From contig OZ234493.1 in assembly GCA_965153455.1 (NCBI GenBank), forward strand, positions 24,728,213 to 24,792,212: a stretch of DNA of 64,000 nucleotides, given 5' to 3'. The notes under the pieces are model-generated. The model was not told the DNA's origin, ran no database searches, and worked only from the letters and a program-made list of their open reading frames with translations. The position numbers were made by a program, and so were the translations under genes. Shown piece after piece: positions 49,076 to 63,853 of the stretch; positions within the stretch are counted from its first letter, which is position 1; every line of letters starts with the position of its first letter. Source of the stretch: Sphagnum compactum. Its lineage: Eukaryota.

Positions 49076-52000
49076 GGGGTTCCATTTTTTTATGGGATTA
49101 AAACTTGAACTAAAATAATCATAAATTATTTTTGATGAACCAGAGTAAAAGGTTTTTCATAAAAGTTAATAACTACCCAAATTTAATATGCATTATAACC
49201 ATTCAAATGTAAGTGCCATTTGGGATGAGTCAATAAAAAAAACCTTAAAGATGTTTGCATACCTACCTTATTTACCCAAAACCTATAGGCCTATCTACCT
49301 ATGTACATGTGTCCATTTTTAACATTTGTAAGCATTACAAGTGGGCAATTATGAGCCACCAAAATAATTACAATACTAAAAAAAAATGCAAATCTCAAAT
49401 ATTCACATTCCATCCATTGGTCTTGCCCTACACCATTTGTGTTAGCACCCGTAATTATAATTACAAACATGATTTGTGACTACCTTTACATGGCCTTATA
49501 TATATAGATGGAAAATTAATAGTATATTAATTCCAATTCACACAAATTGCAACCATTGAATTTGCAATAACCTATAAACTAGTTCCTTAGATTATAATTA
49601 TGAAACATGTCTAGTTATGTTTTGGGACTAAAATTAAAATGGGGTGACATAAAAAGCAATCATGATGATTTGTCAAGCACCCAACCCCACCACAACTTAA
49701 CACTATGCAAATTTGTTTTGCATGTGAAAGACCATGTGAGTAGGATGTTAGTGTAGAAAAATTAATAATGGGATATTTATTATATGTATTGGTGGCTTCA
49801 ACAATCAATTATAAAAACTTGAATGACAAGGGTGGATGTTTATAAAGTTCATAGACCAAAATTAACGCCAAATGTTATAAAACTAGACATCCTTCAAGTC
49901 ATTTGGATCAAAGGTGTTTGGTCCAATTATTTCAAGTTCATGTACAAAATCCACATTTAGCTTGTAGCATATTCTTTTGAAATTTGTATCTAAAACCAAT
50001 GTTTTGTAAACATTCAAGTAATGCATTCCCTTGTTGCACCTCTATCGTAATTAGAAAACCATGTATGGTCATTAAATTAAATAAGAAACAAATAGATGAT
50101 GAATTCAAACTCATAGGATCACTTTGATCAAAAATATTTTATGAACAAACTATCAATTAGTTTATTTTATTTTGTCATTGAAGCATTATTAATTGAATGC
50201 TTCTTGATTTGATAATGGGTGTATGGATTCCTACTTGTGTAAATTCTTTTTATTATGTTATTTATGAGTTATAGTCAAGCTTAGAACACAATACAAAACA
50301 CATGTGTTGTAAGCCTTACGATTAGTTGCATAATGGGCCAACATGCGGTTCCATTAAGTGATATTGCTTTAGAGAATATAAATAATTCCTCCTAAAAAAA
50401 CAATGATCCAATAAAAATAGTGTTACCTTTGAGGTGATATGATATATCATAATGAAAATTAAAGGAGTTCTATACAAGGGATTAGAGGAAGACAAATACC
50501 AAAATGACAAATGATAGCAACAAAACTTAACATACTAATTATTTTATGAAATTTCCCCCAGAAAAAAACTCACATCCATTACCATGTAAATTTGCAAGCA
50601 ACCATAAATCAACTAATGTTTGACATGAATTTTGATAAAATGTTTAAATAAATATAATAAATGATTCTCCAATGTTCAACAAACAAATTCTTAAAGAAGT
50701 TTTTGGGCAAGTTTTTCCTTTTTCCTTTCTTTAATGTTTTTTCTAAAGTAAAAAATATATTTTCAAATTCCATTTCTATTTTCCTTAACAAAGATAATTT
50801 TAAATAGTTTTTATGATTTCTTCTATGAAAAACAATCATTAAGTGACATATTTTACCATGTTTTCACCCATTACTGAATTTGATGTTGCATATTTATGCA
50901 TTTAATAATTGGAGGAAAATACATAATCAAAAGCATAAAAGGATGATGTGATTTTAGATGTTTCATTTTATGCCTTATTTTTTATGTTTAAAACATTGAT
51001 TTGCATCAAAGCATGATAATCATTAATGTTGTCCATACTTTTTAAATGCCCCATGTGATGACATAATCTACAATAAAATCATCTTTGAGAAAATTGGGTT
51101 AAACAAGGGATGTATTTCAATTATTAAATTCGTAATGTAGCATGAAGGAATTCCATTCACCCATAGACGTTCGATGGCTAAAGTATCAAACATTATGATT
51201 TAAATTTTTTTAATGTTTAAAAGTTGTTGATCATGAATATCATGTCCTTATCCAAGGGATGTGAAAAATGACATATGAAATGAATTGCAATGTGATTCAA
51301 AAAAAAAAAACTACATTCGATATGTTTTTGATAATGTTACAAATTTCTTAAGTGTTGCAAAACAAATGGTTTAAATTGTTATTGTGATGTGATTAAAAAT
51401 TATGAAAGTTTTATAAAATTTGAAAGCAAGTTGATTTCAAATATCAACAATGTGTTTGTGATTTTATAAATCATCAATTGTGAATGAGTTCTAATGAAAA
51501 ATTTATGACAAAAATTTGTTAAAAAAATCAAAACTCTTAAAAAATATATACAATGTGCAAAGATTGAATACAAGAAGACCTATCCTAAAAGAGGAAATAT
51601 TTTAAATGTCAATTTTACGAAGGCATGCATAAAAAGATTTAACAATTCCATTTTGTTGATGTGAATGAATCACACATCTTTACCACACCATGAATTTGAG
51701 TGAAAATAAAAATTAATTTGATTTATAAATTATTTAAACATTTATCAATATTCATTTTGGATGCAATTAAAGTGAAAGACATACACACATATACATTTTT
51801 TTTTAATAACCTTATCTATTCATTTAGTTAAACCATATTTTTTTTCCAAATTTTTGTTTCGTGGGAAATGTATATCTTAAAAACAAAGTTGTAACACATG
51901 AATTTCAACATTATTTTAATCATATTAAGATGTTACATTTGCTAAACATGATAATGACAAAAGTAATCAATTGATAATGTATAACAATTTAATCATAAAA

Positions 52001-53574
52001 TCAATATTACATAACAAAGCGAAACAAAATAACATACTGTTAAACCCAATGAAATTGTGTGATTAATTAAAATCATGAGAAAATCTAAATGAATTTTCAT
52101 AAAATGTTCATATACAAATTGTCTTGCAAAGCAAAAATTAAATTATTGGTTGAAAGTTTAAACAATTTACATTTTTAAAGATGATTTTGCAAAAGAACAA
52201 AGGATAAATAAATTATTATCCATTATATTGGGCATGATGCTTTAACATTATGAATGAAAGACATGCATAAATATGGTTTAAAATCAAATCAAAATCAAAA
52301 TAGTTATTGAAATTTTGTTTATCAAAATTTGCACGAAATCTTATAGCCACATTTGTTTAATGTGATAATCATATATTCACATGAATGAACTTACATTAAG
52401 TCCAAATGTTTGATGAATTTTAATATATTATTAACACAATTTTTATTTAAAAAACACTTATACATTCATGGGCTTTCCAAAGGTATTACATTGTTTTCAA
52501 TGTGAAAGAGAAAATAAACGCCTTGAGTTCAAGCCAATAATGTGGCATTTGCCATTGCTCACATATCTTATTGAATATTTTCAATAACAAAATTTATTCA
52601 AAATACAATAACTCTTACATTGTTGGTTTAAACCAATGTTAACAAGTTTGACTTACTAGACCAATATTATTATGAATTCTTGGTCAAGTTTTGAGATATC
52701 TAGACTACAATTTTGCTATAACTAAATTTGAATCTAGACCATGTAATCAACCTCTTCTTGAAACCTAAACCTTTTATAGCCCTTGTAAAGAAGTCCATCT
52801 TCTCTATAGCATAAAGCAAAGACCCAAGACTTGCTTTTGAGTTGTAACACTCAATTCTGAAATGCCTCACCTAAAGACCCTACTATAACAAATGAAGTGG
52901 CTTGTACTCACACCAAGTGCAACAAACATTAAAGTTGAAGATACTTATCAAAACCTATATGCATATCTTGTACCATGTTTAGATTCAATGACCATGTTGC
53001 ATGAATTGAATTCATAGGTGCCAAACGTAAACACCAAAAATTGAAGCATTTTTCCAACTCAAGATATTAATGTTATTTAGAAATCAACTTGTGGGAAAAT
53101 TTCAATCGAAATACTTTGTTCACAATTAACAAAATATTAATTTTGTGGTCATCGCTTGGTCACCAATTTTGGGTCCATCAATTGATGATCACAAAATATT
53201 GAATAACCCACAAATCTTCTAAAATTTGAATTCATTTCCTATATGAAAGTCCACCACCAAACTCTCTCCATGTCCAAAAAAATGAAGTCCCCACCAAAAA
53301 TTCAGTTAGTTTACTTGGATCAAACTAAAAAGGATAGGAGCACCAACAAGGAATTGGGTTTAAAACAAACCTATGAGGAATCATTCTTTATCCTCATATA
53401 CCATGAATATTATATGAAAATTCAGACAATCCCAATGTTGCACCACTGTTTCCAGAGCCAAAAATGGCATCCCAAAGTGGATGTTCTTGAAAGGTTTGAC
53501 GGTGCATTCTCTCAAGTGCCACTTGCAAAAAACTTTGACATGAGTTGGCTTGCCTAAGTAGAATGATAGTATTC

Positions 53575-55816
53575 TCACAAGGCAACAACATCCATCTTCC
53601 GAGAGGAGACTTCCAAACGTACCGACATCCATACATGGCATGCACGTTGTACACTCCTTGAAAGCTCCACAAAGAAGACCTTTGCCCAAGGCTCAAATGA
53701 GGCTAATGGGCTTAGCTCACTTGGCACAGAGAAGCTGAAATCCATATAAAAAGAACAGAAAATACCACCAACCATATCAACAAATGCTTCTGGTCCTGAA
53801 ACATTACATGCAAACAATCTCTTGTTCAAAGCTAGTTGAATTGTTTTTGCATCATTCAATTTTGAGCTAATAGATGACAAAATGTTTGTGTTCTTGAAAT
53901 GGCTCACCCATTGCTTAACATCAACAGAGTTGTGCAAATCCATAGTTACCCATATTGCTTCATGATTGAGATCCTACTCTGCACTATGAAACACAAGAAG
54001 ATGTTTTGAGATGCATGTATTAAGCACCTCCTAGAGTGTGTAACAAGCCTTAGAGAATACTTTCAGATCACAGAGGTTTGGTTGTGTATAAAGATCTAGT
54101 GGCCAACCTCAGAAGCTCATCTTCATCAAGAAGCATCTCAGCATTGCCTTCAGGCTTGATTGTACCTGGTAGTATACTGAGCCAGTCAAGGTCTTGAAGT
54201 TAGCCATTATAGAATGTCCTATGAACCAAATGTTGATTTGCAGAATCTAATACCATCTTAGATATTGACAGACATCAAGTTCAACTTGGCAGAACAGAAT
54301 GCAAATGTCCATGAATTAAACCAAGAGATCTCCTTCTTTGACTTATGAAGGCCTACAATGAGACGATCATGGAGCACAGACCTGCTTACAAGAACCTGGT
54401 AGAGATGAAGTGTTCCTGCAGCCAAGCAACGCCCTGCATGTGATGCCCTTTCTCTCTTAAATATATACACTACTGGGTAGCCTAGTAACCATCTGTCAGA
54501 CCACACACAATTTGTTAGTAACTTTGAGTATATCTTACAAAGAAGCTGCTCATCTATACTGGAGCTACCTTAACTTATAGTAACACATGCTTGAGTGCAG
54601 TGGAGACTGTAAGTTCAGCATCTGATTTCTGACATTCCTGTTTGCAGAGGATCTTCTTCCAAAACCAGCCAACAAATGAAGAATGCAAATAGGGCAAAAG
54701 ACTGCACCCGTTTTGCGCACCCGTTTAGTGTTGGCAGCAGGATGTCAGAGTTGCTCAGAATGCTACCTGCCTCCAGCATTGGCAACTTGTCTTCAGCTTC
54801 TTTATGTCTGCTTGGTTCTTCAGTGTTGAAATTGGAATGGGCCAAAAGGAGAGTAGACAACTGATTTTTCACAACACAGAGATGCTTCACAACTATCTCG
54901 TGTTGAGCTTGGCACACTCTCTGTCACAAGAAACCAAATCTTAGTTTCAAAGAACCCTGTAGTCCACAACTATGTAAAAGTAATTGCAACCAAATTCAAG
55001 TTGGAGCACAGTAATCAAAGAATTTCTGTCTGAAACCTGATGATTTGTTGGAAAACAAAAACCCTAGCCTCAATTGCATACTGTACCTTAGGCGAATTCT
55101 CATCAAGGCTGACAAACATGATTTGACAACTTGGATTCAAGCTTTGCTCCATAAAGTCCAGCATATAGAGAGGGTGAACTAAGTATGCACACCCTTCCAT
55201 GTCGAGTACCCGCAACAGAACCATTTCTATCACTTCCTGGAACCAATTTTCTCACATCATCAGTGCCAAGATCGTCAAGTCTGTAGTTACAACTCATGTT
55301 AGGGATGCACATCTCATGCCAAACGTATCTCTGATGATATCCCTTCGTGGATACAATATCTCAGCCACATGGCCTGCTTCAGGCAGTGGAAAAAATGAAG
55401 CTTGAACCCATTTGCATTGGGAATGGACACAAAGAATCTGATCAAGCACGAATCCTTCTCCTTGGGACAGGACACAAAGAATCTCGAAATCTAAGATAGG
55501 TCCTTGAGTTGACAACCTGTGATAGATGCTGAAGGAGATCGCAGAATTGCCGCAAAAAGGGAGGATTGTAAGGCAAATAGTCAACCAAAACCACAGATCT
55601 AACCCCCGTGCTCACTGCCAGTATGTCTGCAAGCCAAGCCAAGCCAAGGCAGAGACTTGTGGTTTAAACTCCAGGCCGACAAAAGAAAGGCGCAGGAAAG
55701 AAAGAAGGCAAAGGGGCATAAGGTATACCAAGGGCAAGACGGCGCCGCACCGATGCTCGCAGGCGCAGTTTCATTTGCGATACTTGCTGCTGCAGGCTGT
55801 CCCACAGATGCTTCAT
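53575..55816 (-). CDS. DUF4504 / UPF0739 (C1orf74-like) protein; exons 55816-55729, 55626-55517, 55236-55087, 54920-54721, 54492-54382, 54176-54108, 53734-53575
   Basis: Spliced frame: DILAVSTGVRSVVLVDY, LPTLNGWLLGYPVVY, ELLSFSVP..W..F; GT-AG introns in phase. Confidence 0.85.
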
Positions 55817-56297
55817 TTTTGTCCCCAAAAACCTTTTGTACACTTCTTCGCGTTGGATTTTCTTTTGTCGCTGCGGTGGGAAAATTCGCCAAAACAAAAG
55901 AACATACTGCCTGGTGCCGCCGCTTCTAAAAGTTTAGAAACTTTGGTAGTTTCATCCCCGCGGAATTCTTTCCATGGCGTTGGAGCGAAAGCTGGTTGCA
56001 CCGATAGGTACTTTTGTGCGGCGGTGGGCCCCTGAAAACATCCAATTACGCTCGGAATACCGAAGGAAAGCAATGTTCGAAAGTGATGAGAACTCCTAAA
56101 GGAGAACAGAATGCGTCACAGCTAAGTGTGGGTGAAGCTGCAAGGAGAATCAAGATGACAGAAGAGAATACTGGATCAGCAAAGTAAGGGGAGCCGCCAA
56201 AGGAGGATAAGCACAAAAACCTGCGAAGGAGATTCGAGAAGCTCTCCAGGAGGGCATAAGTTAGGAGGTGCTACAAGGTTGCAGATTGGTTTGGGCC

Positions 56298-59200
56298 ATG
56301 GCAGCAGCAGCAGCATCTCAATGCTTCTTATCAGGTGTGCCTATTCATTTCAGCTTGGAACCATGGCGCTGTGGCACGGTGAACAAGAGAGAAAACGAGC
56401 TCGGGAGGTTGAGAGTCACGCACAGGCATAGTTGGCGTGGGAGGGCACCTGCACGACAATGTCTCTTTCACTGCAAAGGCATTCTACGAAGGAGTTCTCT
56501 TTGCTTCATGGCATTCTCTTCTTTGCCCGGTATACATCTCTCTCCCTTCTTCTTCAATTGTCCATCAACTTGATACCAAATGGTTTCCTGAGGGTCTTAC
56601 TGGAGACTGTTGAGAGCATAGTTGTTGGTTTCAGATTGATTGCAGATCCTGAAATGTTCTGAGAAGCCGAAAATTGAGACAGATACTTTCTATTTTCCCA
56701 AGCTGTTCTTATTGGTCTATTGGATGGAATCTTGGTGGTATGACGTGTCAATCCAGATTCCTCACATTCAATTGTTGTTGTAGATGCAAATTGCTGCAGT
56801 TGGATTGGTGTATGATTTTTTTGGTTTATTGCTTGCGCATTATGATGTTCTAAAATATGCAAAAGTGGAATCGGTCTGAAGCAGCTGTAGCATCAGATGC
56901 TGTAGTGTCAGATGTGGAGGCGCATATTTCTCTAGCTTTCAGTACCGGTCGACTTGACCTCAGTTACTGTGGTATGTTTGCTCATTACACATGGCCCTTT
57001 CATGAGCTTTGCAGCATTGGATCAACTTGTCGAGGCCTGTGCATCAGTGCTGTCTATGGTAGTAGTCCCTGGTCTCTGGAAGAATGGTAGCTCAAAAGCT
57101 CATGTGTGAGGATTTCAGACACATCCCAGAGAATGTTTGTGGACAAAAATATTTGAATTTTTCTGATGCAATCCTTTGGCACATAAATTCTTCCCCAAAT
57201 ATGACTTCAAGCATCAAACAAGTCCCTTACCGAATTTATTTGTATCCCAAACCATGGGCATTCATGCTTGTATGTCTTTTCTATTCAATTTTCAGGACTT
57301 GAGGAGGTGCCATTGCGAGTATTCCAAATTGTTGATCTTGTAGATCTCTCCCTAGCTGGAAATAAGATCAGCAGCTTACCGGATGATATCAAAAATCTTG
57401 TTAATGTATGTTTCTTGTCTCCAAGCTTCGAAACTCGAAACCCTAACTGTAAACCTGTAAGATGATACAGTTGAAAATGGACCCTTGCAGTTGTCTGAAC
57501 AACTTCCTTTCTGCTCCCTTGCATGGTCATTTCCCTCTGTTTTGCCCCATGATAACACTCTTCTTGCTACATCTTCAGTTGATGGCAACTGTTCTTCCAG
57601 TTGTTAACTGGTGAAAATGTGGGGCAGTACAGTTGCGTAGGCTGGGTTTAGCAGGCAACAGACTGCAGGAGCTACCAGCAAGCATAGGCGATTTGCAGCA
57701 ACTAGAGGGTCTTTGGATTACTGGCAATATGCTTCACTCTCTCCCAGCTGAGGTTTGCCTCAATTGCATAACTGAATGGTGTGTTATTCTGCAATGAAAT
57801 TTGCAAGTGAAGTGACAGGAAAGTTGCTGTGTGTAAGTGGTCTCTGCAGTTGACATGGATTTTTAAGAAGTGACGAGAGTAAGGGGCTTGGGTGATACAG
57901 ATAGGAAATTTGAAGCACCTGCGGATGCTGGCACTTGATGGCAATAAGCTGTCCAGCCTTCCTGAGTCTATCTCTGGGTTACAGGACCTCCAGGTGTGCA
58001 TGAATTGCCCTGTTAGTCACCTAAACATAAAGAAGCCTTGCCACACAGGTCACTAATGAAAACTCTTGGTCCTCAACCCTTAATGAGTATGCAAAAGTAT
58101 GACTAGTACTGTACCTCGTCTGGAGTTTGCAGCTTTCCTACACCATTATAACACCACACATATCAAGGAAAGAACTCATGTACCACTAGCTTCAAGTTGC
58201 TGTTTGTCTCATTGTGTGTACTTTCCCTCTTGACGTTTTATTGTCTAGTAAGGACCAATGTTGTAAGCTACTCTGTGGCCATTGTGAGTTCCAGGTGTTG
58301 TCAGTTGCTGGCAACAATCTACAAGAAATCCCAGCTGGTAAGCTGCTGTCTCTCATGTCCTTGATTTCAGAACCCACCTCACGATACTCAGATTTTCTGT
58401 CTCTGACAAGGTGCAGCACATGGCAAGTGAGAGAACATCTTTGTTTGCAAGTCAAAACCAGAGAGGGGAACATTTTTTGGCAGTAGTTCTGTGATTCCTC
58501 TCACTATTCCTTAACCCTGCTACATACTCCACTATATTTGGATCATGTTGACAGGATTGAAAAGGTGAACGTTGACAGGATTGAAAAGGTGAATGATGGT
58601 ACCATAACATAATGTTGAAATGCACCACAGGTGTTGGAAGCCTGAAGGTGTTGAAAGTTTTGGCTGCACATGGGAATCAATTGCAATGGCTACCTGATGC
58701 TCTGACTCAACTTTCATCCTTACAAGACCTTTGGATTCAGGCAAGCATCCCTTCACCTCTTGATCCTGCAACACCTCTCAGCATTTTTTGGATGATGTGG
58801 TCTTTGAGATATCCCCTCTACTAGAGCCCATGCTGTGAGTTTTATTAGTGGTATACCGACTCAAATTCACTGGCTGAACTGCAGGGCAATAAACTAAAGG
58901 CTCTGCCAGAGAATTTGGGTGGATTATGCTCATTACAGCAGCTGTCACTAGCAGACAATCTTCTTGAAGCTCTGCCTGAATCCATTGGACAGCTCCTTGC
59001 TCTCAAGACACTTTGGTTGTGAGTGATTTCTTCACCCTCTTTGAGTGCTTTTGGTTGGGATATCCCTCTCATTAGGTGACGTTAAGGGTATTGAACTGGG
59101 ATGCCTCAGGTATGGCAACAAGCTCAAGAGAGGTCCAAGGAGCCTTGCAACAATGAAAAAGCTTTTGCATGTGTGGCTCGAGGTGGGCTACTTGCTTGTA

Positions 59201-62134
59201 GAAGGTGTCCTTCATTCTATTGTTCCTCCTCTCCACCTCTTTGCAGCTTTTCCTTACTTTTGCATCTAATGAGGAAAGTTTTATGGACATGCCAATGGAG
59301 ATGTTTAGTATCTGCAAAATATCTTAGTTGGGGTATTAGCAGAGTGGATGTGTACCATGTTACAACTCCCATCCTTGTGGGGACTCCTGCATTCACGTTA
59401 TCCAAATGTGGAGTTGACTCGTATTGTTATTTGAACAGAGCAACACAGTTTGCAAGTTCCTGAAGACACCAAGCATGTATTTGTTTAATGTTTGGTCTTG
59501 GGTCTTGAATAGGGCAATCCACTGGAAGGCCAGTATTTGAGGGACATTTTACCAACAATTCCTCACTTAAATGCTTTTGGTGTCACTTCTGATGTGGTAC
59601 ATTGTTTCATCATCCCTGATTCTTTCAAATGACCTTTTGCTAGGGCACATTATACTCCTTGTGATGATACAAAGGTGCTGTAACACTGACAGCATACTCA
59701 TTATGGATTTTATTGTTTTTATTGAGTAAATGCTTGTAGCTAGTAAACAAAAGGGCCATTACGATTTATGAGCTTTGAGTATTCCATGCAGATGGAATGT
59801 ATTGTGTAAGGACAATGCTGGTAGATATCTCATTTGGAATAAGGCAATTCTTTTCTTCTTGTTGCATCATTTGCAGGTACAAATTGACTCTGGTGTGTTC
59901 ACCTTGCAGGAATTTCTTGAAGATATTCCTGAAGTAATGAAGAATGTTGTTACTGTGACCAAGATTGCTGGATCAGGTGCTGCACAGAGCTGTGGGGGCT
60001 ACTTCAAGGTACTGTAACATCCCCCTTAAGATCTTCCATCAACCACGAATGGGCTGAATGGGCAAGGATACGTGCTGAACATCAGACCACACAATCTTAG
60101 TGTCCAGCTGGTATCCTCATATCTGTTATAGTCTTCAAAAACACTGGTCCATGGTTATTATATCCTCTGCATCACAACCTTGGAAGTCCTGTATCTGTTC
60201 TGTGCCACAGCTTCAGCAGTGGAACCCACAGGAAAAATCAGATATCATTGTTGTTGCTTTTGGGAGTGCCCCTGGTGTGCCCAATTGGTGAGTGCTTTCA
60301 TCACCTTTCATCACATCATTGTTGTGCCCCTTCTGTTAGTTGATAAAATACTGGAAATGTGCAGCTTGAATCCAACCTCTTGTTTGTGGTGTGAGTGCAA
60401 GTCAAGGTCTAAGATGACTAGCAGAGGGCTATTGCAACAGCCTGTTGTTTGTTGCCACCATCATCGAATACTTTGTTAGAATGTCACACTGTGGCTGAGT
60501 CATTGAAACATCAACCAAATATTTGGCACAATACTGAACTTGGCAAACCTGTTCATTTGGTGAATTGTCCATCTCTTGATTGTGGACTTGCTTACAGTGA
60601 TGTACATCAATGACCAGGGGAGGAGTTTTACGAAAAGCCAAGATGGAGATTAGAACACAAGGATCGATCTCTGTGTTTGATACCCTTTATGTTGTGGACA
60701 GCCAGCGCTCATGGTACACACATGAGGATTGCTGGGAACTGGACAGAAGCAGTGCAGAAGAGAAGTGTCAGCAAGCAGGGCCCCAACAACCAAGATTAGG
60801 GGGATACTACCAAATGGAGTTGGAAATCTCTTTGAAATCATACAAGCATGTAATCATGCTTGGTGATTCAATGGGTGCGAGTGCTGCTCTCTTGTTCTCT
60901 CGACTGGCCACTTCAGTCCTTGCCTTCTGCCCACAGGTATTTTCTGTTGCTGTATTCGGTGTCTATGTTTGTGCTTATTTGAGCATCAAACCAAAACTCC
61001 AAGTGATTGGGACTCATGACCACCTTCCAAGTGGTTGTTAGTTTCAATTTACCACTAGGTCATGCTAGTTGTTACCTCCAATAGCCAACCCAAATATAGT
61101 AGGGTCACTGGACAAACTGGTCATCAGTAACAATTGCAAGTGTCTAGACATTGAAGCTTGGAGGAAGATCATTGGCCCTGTTACATTATTTTGAAAGTGT
61201 TCAGCTGCAAAAGGAAGTAGTTGCCCCAAGGGTGAATAGTCACTTGTAGAGTTGGCAAATTTCACATCATTCTTTTTCTTCTTTCATTCACTTATTTGCC
61301 TTCATTCACTTATCACTCTTTTGGGAGATGAAGGGTGCTGTTGAAGGTGAGGAGAGTTGTAAAAGCTGTGTCATGCCCAAATATAGTTGTCATTCCACAC
61401 TGCACCATTTTTTCCATCTGGGATCTGTATTGTGGTAGGTAGCATATTTGGACACAATAGAACTTGTGTTCTGTGATTTCTTGCAGCAGCCCTTGGGTGC
61501 TCTCCTGAAAACTAGTCCTCACAAATCTTCATGGGAGTGACATGACTTCTTTTGCACTACATTTGTAAGGTGGTCTTATTTAAAGTTTTGGCATGTACTA
61601 GGTGGATCTCAGCACATCTTCGATCAGGCCTGGCCAAGATGAAGCATGGCTGCAAGCATTTCAGCAGGAGATTCTGCAGGCTGTATCAGCCTCATCTGCT
61701 AAGATATGTGTGCACTGTGGTACATGGTCACATGATATTGATCAGGCGAAACTTCTACCAGCCTCAAAGGTTGTCACTTGTGCAGACTAGGAATTTCTCA
61801 ATTAGATTGGCAACTTTTAAATAGTGTCAAAATTTCAGAGTTTCTGAACCAACTGCAGTTTAATGACTCGTTTTATAACAGAATGAGTTAAGGTTCACAG
61901 TGATATGCAATGGACCATGTCTGGGAATACACTCATGCTGCAAACACCCTTTCTTCTGGTATGCCCTTTTCATATTTACTTACATATTTATAGCATATGC
62001 ATCTATGGCAGGTGAAACTGGAGGTGCATAATGTGGATGACCACCGTCTTGCAAAGGAGCTTGACACACGAGAGAAGCTTGTCAGCCTTGTACTTCAGGA
62101 GATAAATGAGGCAAACCTTGCATGCACAACTTAA
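56298..62134 (+). CDS. Leucine-rich-repeat protein with C-terminal alpha/beta-hydrolase domain and probable organellar transit peptide; ~15 exons (56298-56529, 56885-56971, 57296-57405, 57633-57752, 57901-57993, 58295-58337, 58631-58740, 58885-59018, 59110-59182, 59513-59596, 59877-60008, 60211-60287, 60618-60936, 61602-61769, 62012-62134)
   Basis: About 9-10 LxxLxLxGNxLxxLPxxIG repeats, then VVAFGSAPGVPNWGG, LYVVD, GDSMGASAAL (GxSxG), AFCPQVD, HDIDQ, DDHRL; consistent splice phases. Acceptors of exons 2 and 11 have alternatives. Confidence 0.85.
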
Positions 62135-63097
62135 GCTGTCATGTTGATGGTAGATGATCAGGCACATGTTGCTCAATTGATTCCATAGATTATTTGCCGT
62201 TTTCTGAGATGCATGCAAGCATTTTTTCAGGAAAGTTTGTTTCCAGCCTAAATATGAACAATACCTAAGATATTCCCAAAGCAACCCTCCAGACAACCCA
62301 GATGTGGCGAACATTGGTTGCACAATCCTCAATATTTGACTGAGTAAATATTTTTAGGTAGTCCAGACATCAATCTTGTGTTCCTGTCGGAAAATTGACT
62401 GGTCAAGTACCATTCACACATTAGATCAGTAGAACCTAACCATAGAATACTTCAGCCAGTAGAGCACCAACTTCTGTACGACTCTAGCGATAAATAGCTG
62501 GTCAGTACAACTGTAAATCTGCTGGATGGAGCCATCATGCATGTAAAACATTAGTGATAAACAAGCAACTAGGGCTTTGTATATTAACCGACTTGCCATA
62601 ATCTGATGAGATGAAAGCAATTCTAAAATCATCAATTCACTTCCTTTCTTCGTCAGTCAACCTTATTGTGTAATAAGGTACCTCATCAGCTAATGCTATT
62701 ATTCCTCAGGTTTGCCAGCCAGGGCACTCTTCTTCTCAGCTGTCACTAGAAACCAAAAATTGTTGATGAGATTGCTGTTCAATTGCAATTACACCAGTTG
62801 CATGCACACCAAAAATGCCCAACCTGTTCTTGGGAATCTGTATCCAAGGAAAAAAACAATAACAGAAAATCTCAACAGAGATGTGTGAAATGACAACTGC
62901 ATGTCCAGGTTTGCAATGTAAGATGGCATCTGCTTACTAGAATCCTCAAATGTGATCACTGAACAGAGAAACTCCATTATTTTCCAGGGGCAGCAGTACA
63001 CTAAACAATAAAGTCATAAACACAGCTGTGGTGCACAAAACAAATGGCTGGATTCCACAAACCAGTCAACAATCATCGAAGTCCTCCAAAAGTTAAT

Positions 63098-63853
63098 TTA
63101 CATCCGTGGTGCTGCAGCAGAACCCACCAGCAAATTCAGCACATCAAACATGACACATAGCACTCACAGATCCTTTGTGCAAACTGTTTAAGTCAAGTTA
63201 GTTAAATTTTCTAGAATGTTAAATAGCTTCAAGAGGATCCAAGAGCAAGGCAACAACTTTGCATTGAAAGTGTCTTTTACCTCCACCAAGGGTAGCTTCA
63301 GGTAGTCGCTCTATGGAGTACCGATGTTGTGTAATGTACATGATAGGAACACCAGGAATCTGCAAGAGAGCAACCCATCACATCAATCCCTGGCACCTAG
63401 TCTAGAAAACATGTTGCAGTATGCCCCATGCCAAAAACCAGTCCTGTAACTCTAGAACAAGTGTGCCATTACAACACAATTTACTAAAGAAAGCCAAAAC
63501 AAAGCCTAACAAAGCCCATGTAGGAAAGTCTGCTGCAGGTGAACATTTGTCACCTTGCGAATGCGACGCTTCAAATCTCGATCACAAGTGGCCACAATGT
63601 AACACTTATGCTGCAAGCCAACCATATCTCACTGGTTCAGTCAAACTAGACATCACTAGTAGGAAAATTGGTAGAAACACTGGAAACTACAAGGCAGTTA
63701 GCAATCTACAATCCAAAATTGTAGTTAGTTAGAGAAAGGATACAGGAAATATGGGGTGGGCCTACTTGGGTAACACGTTCAACAAGACAGTCATCAGCAT
63801 ATGTGCCCTTGTGAGTGCATGGCAACCTGTCGAATCGTGGGTCCTTCGCAATC
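63098..63853 (-). CDS. FCF1: rRNA-processing PIN-domain protein FCF1/UTP24, last four exons (63853-63766, 63610-63554, 63359-63281, 63111-63098); 5' part beyond the window
   Basis: [78 protein letters not shown]. Confidence 0.95.

Noticed and set aside
47930..53200. Short ORFs in the AT-rich tract after the Helitron
   Set aside because: Compositionally biased random ORFs with no motifs or splice structure.
63098..63111. FCF1 ends in PRM*, a plant PTS1-like tripeptide
   Set aside because: FCF1 is a nucleolar SSU-processome nuclease with a conserved GGAPRx tail; most likely coincidental.
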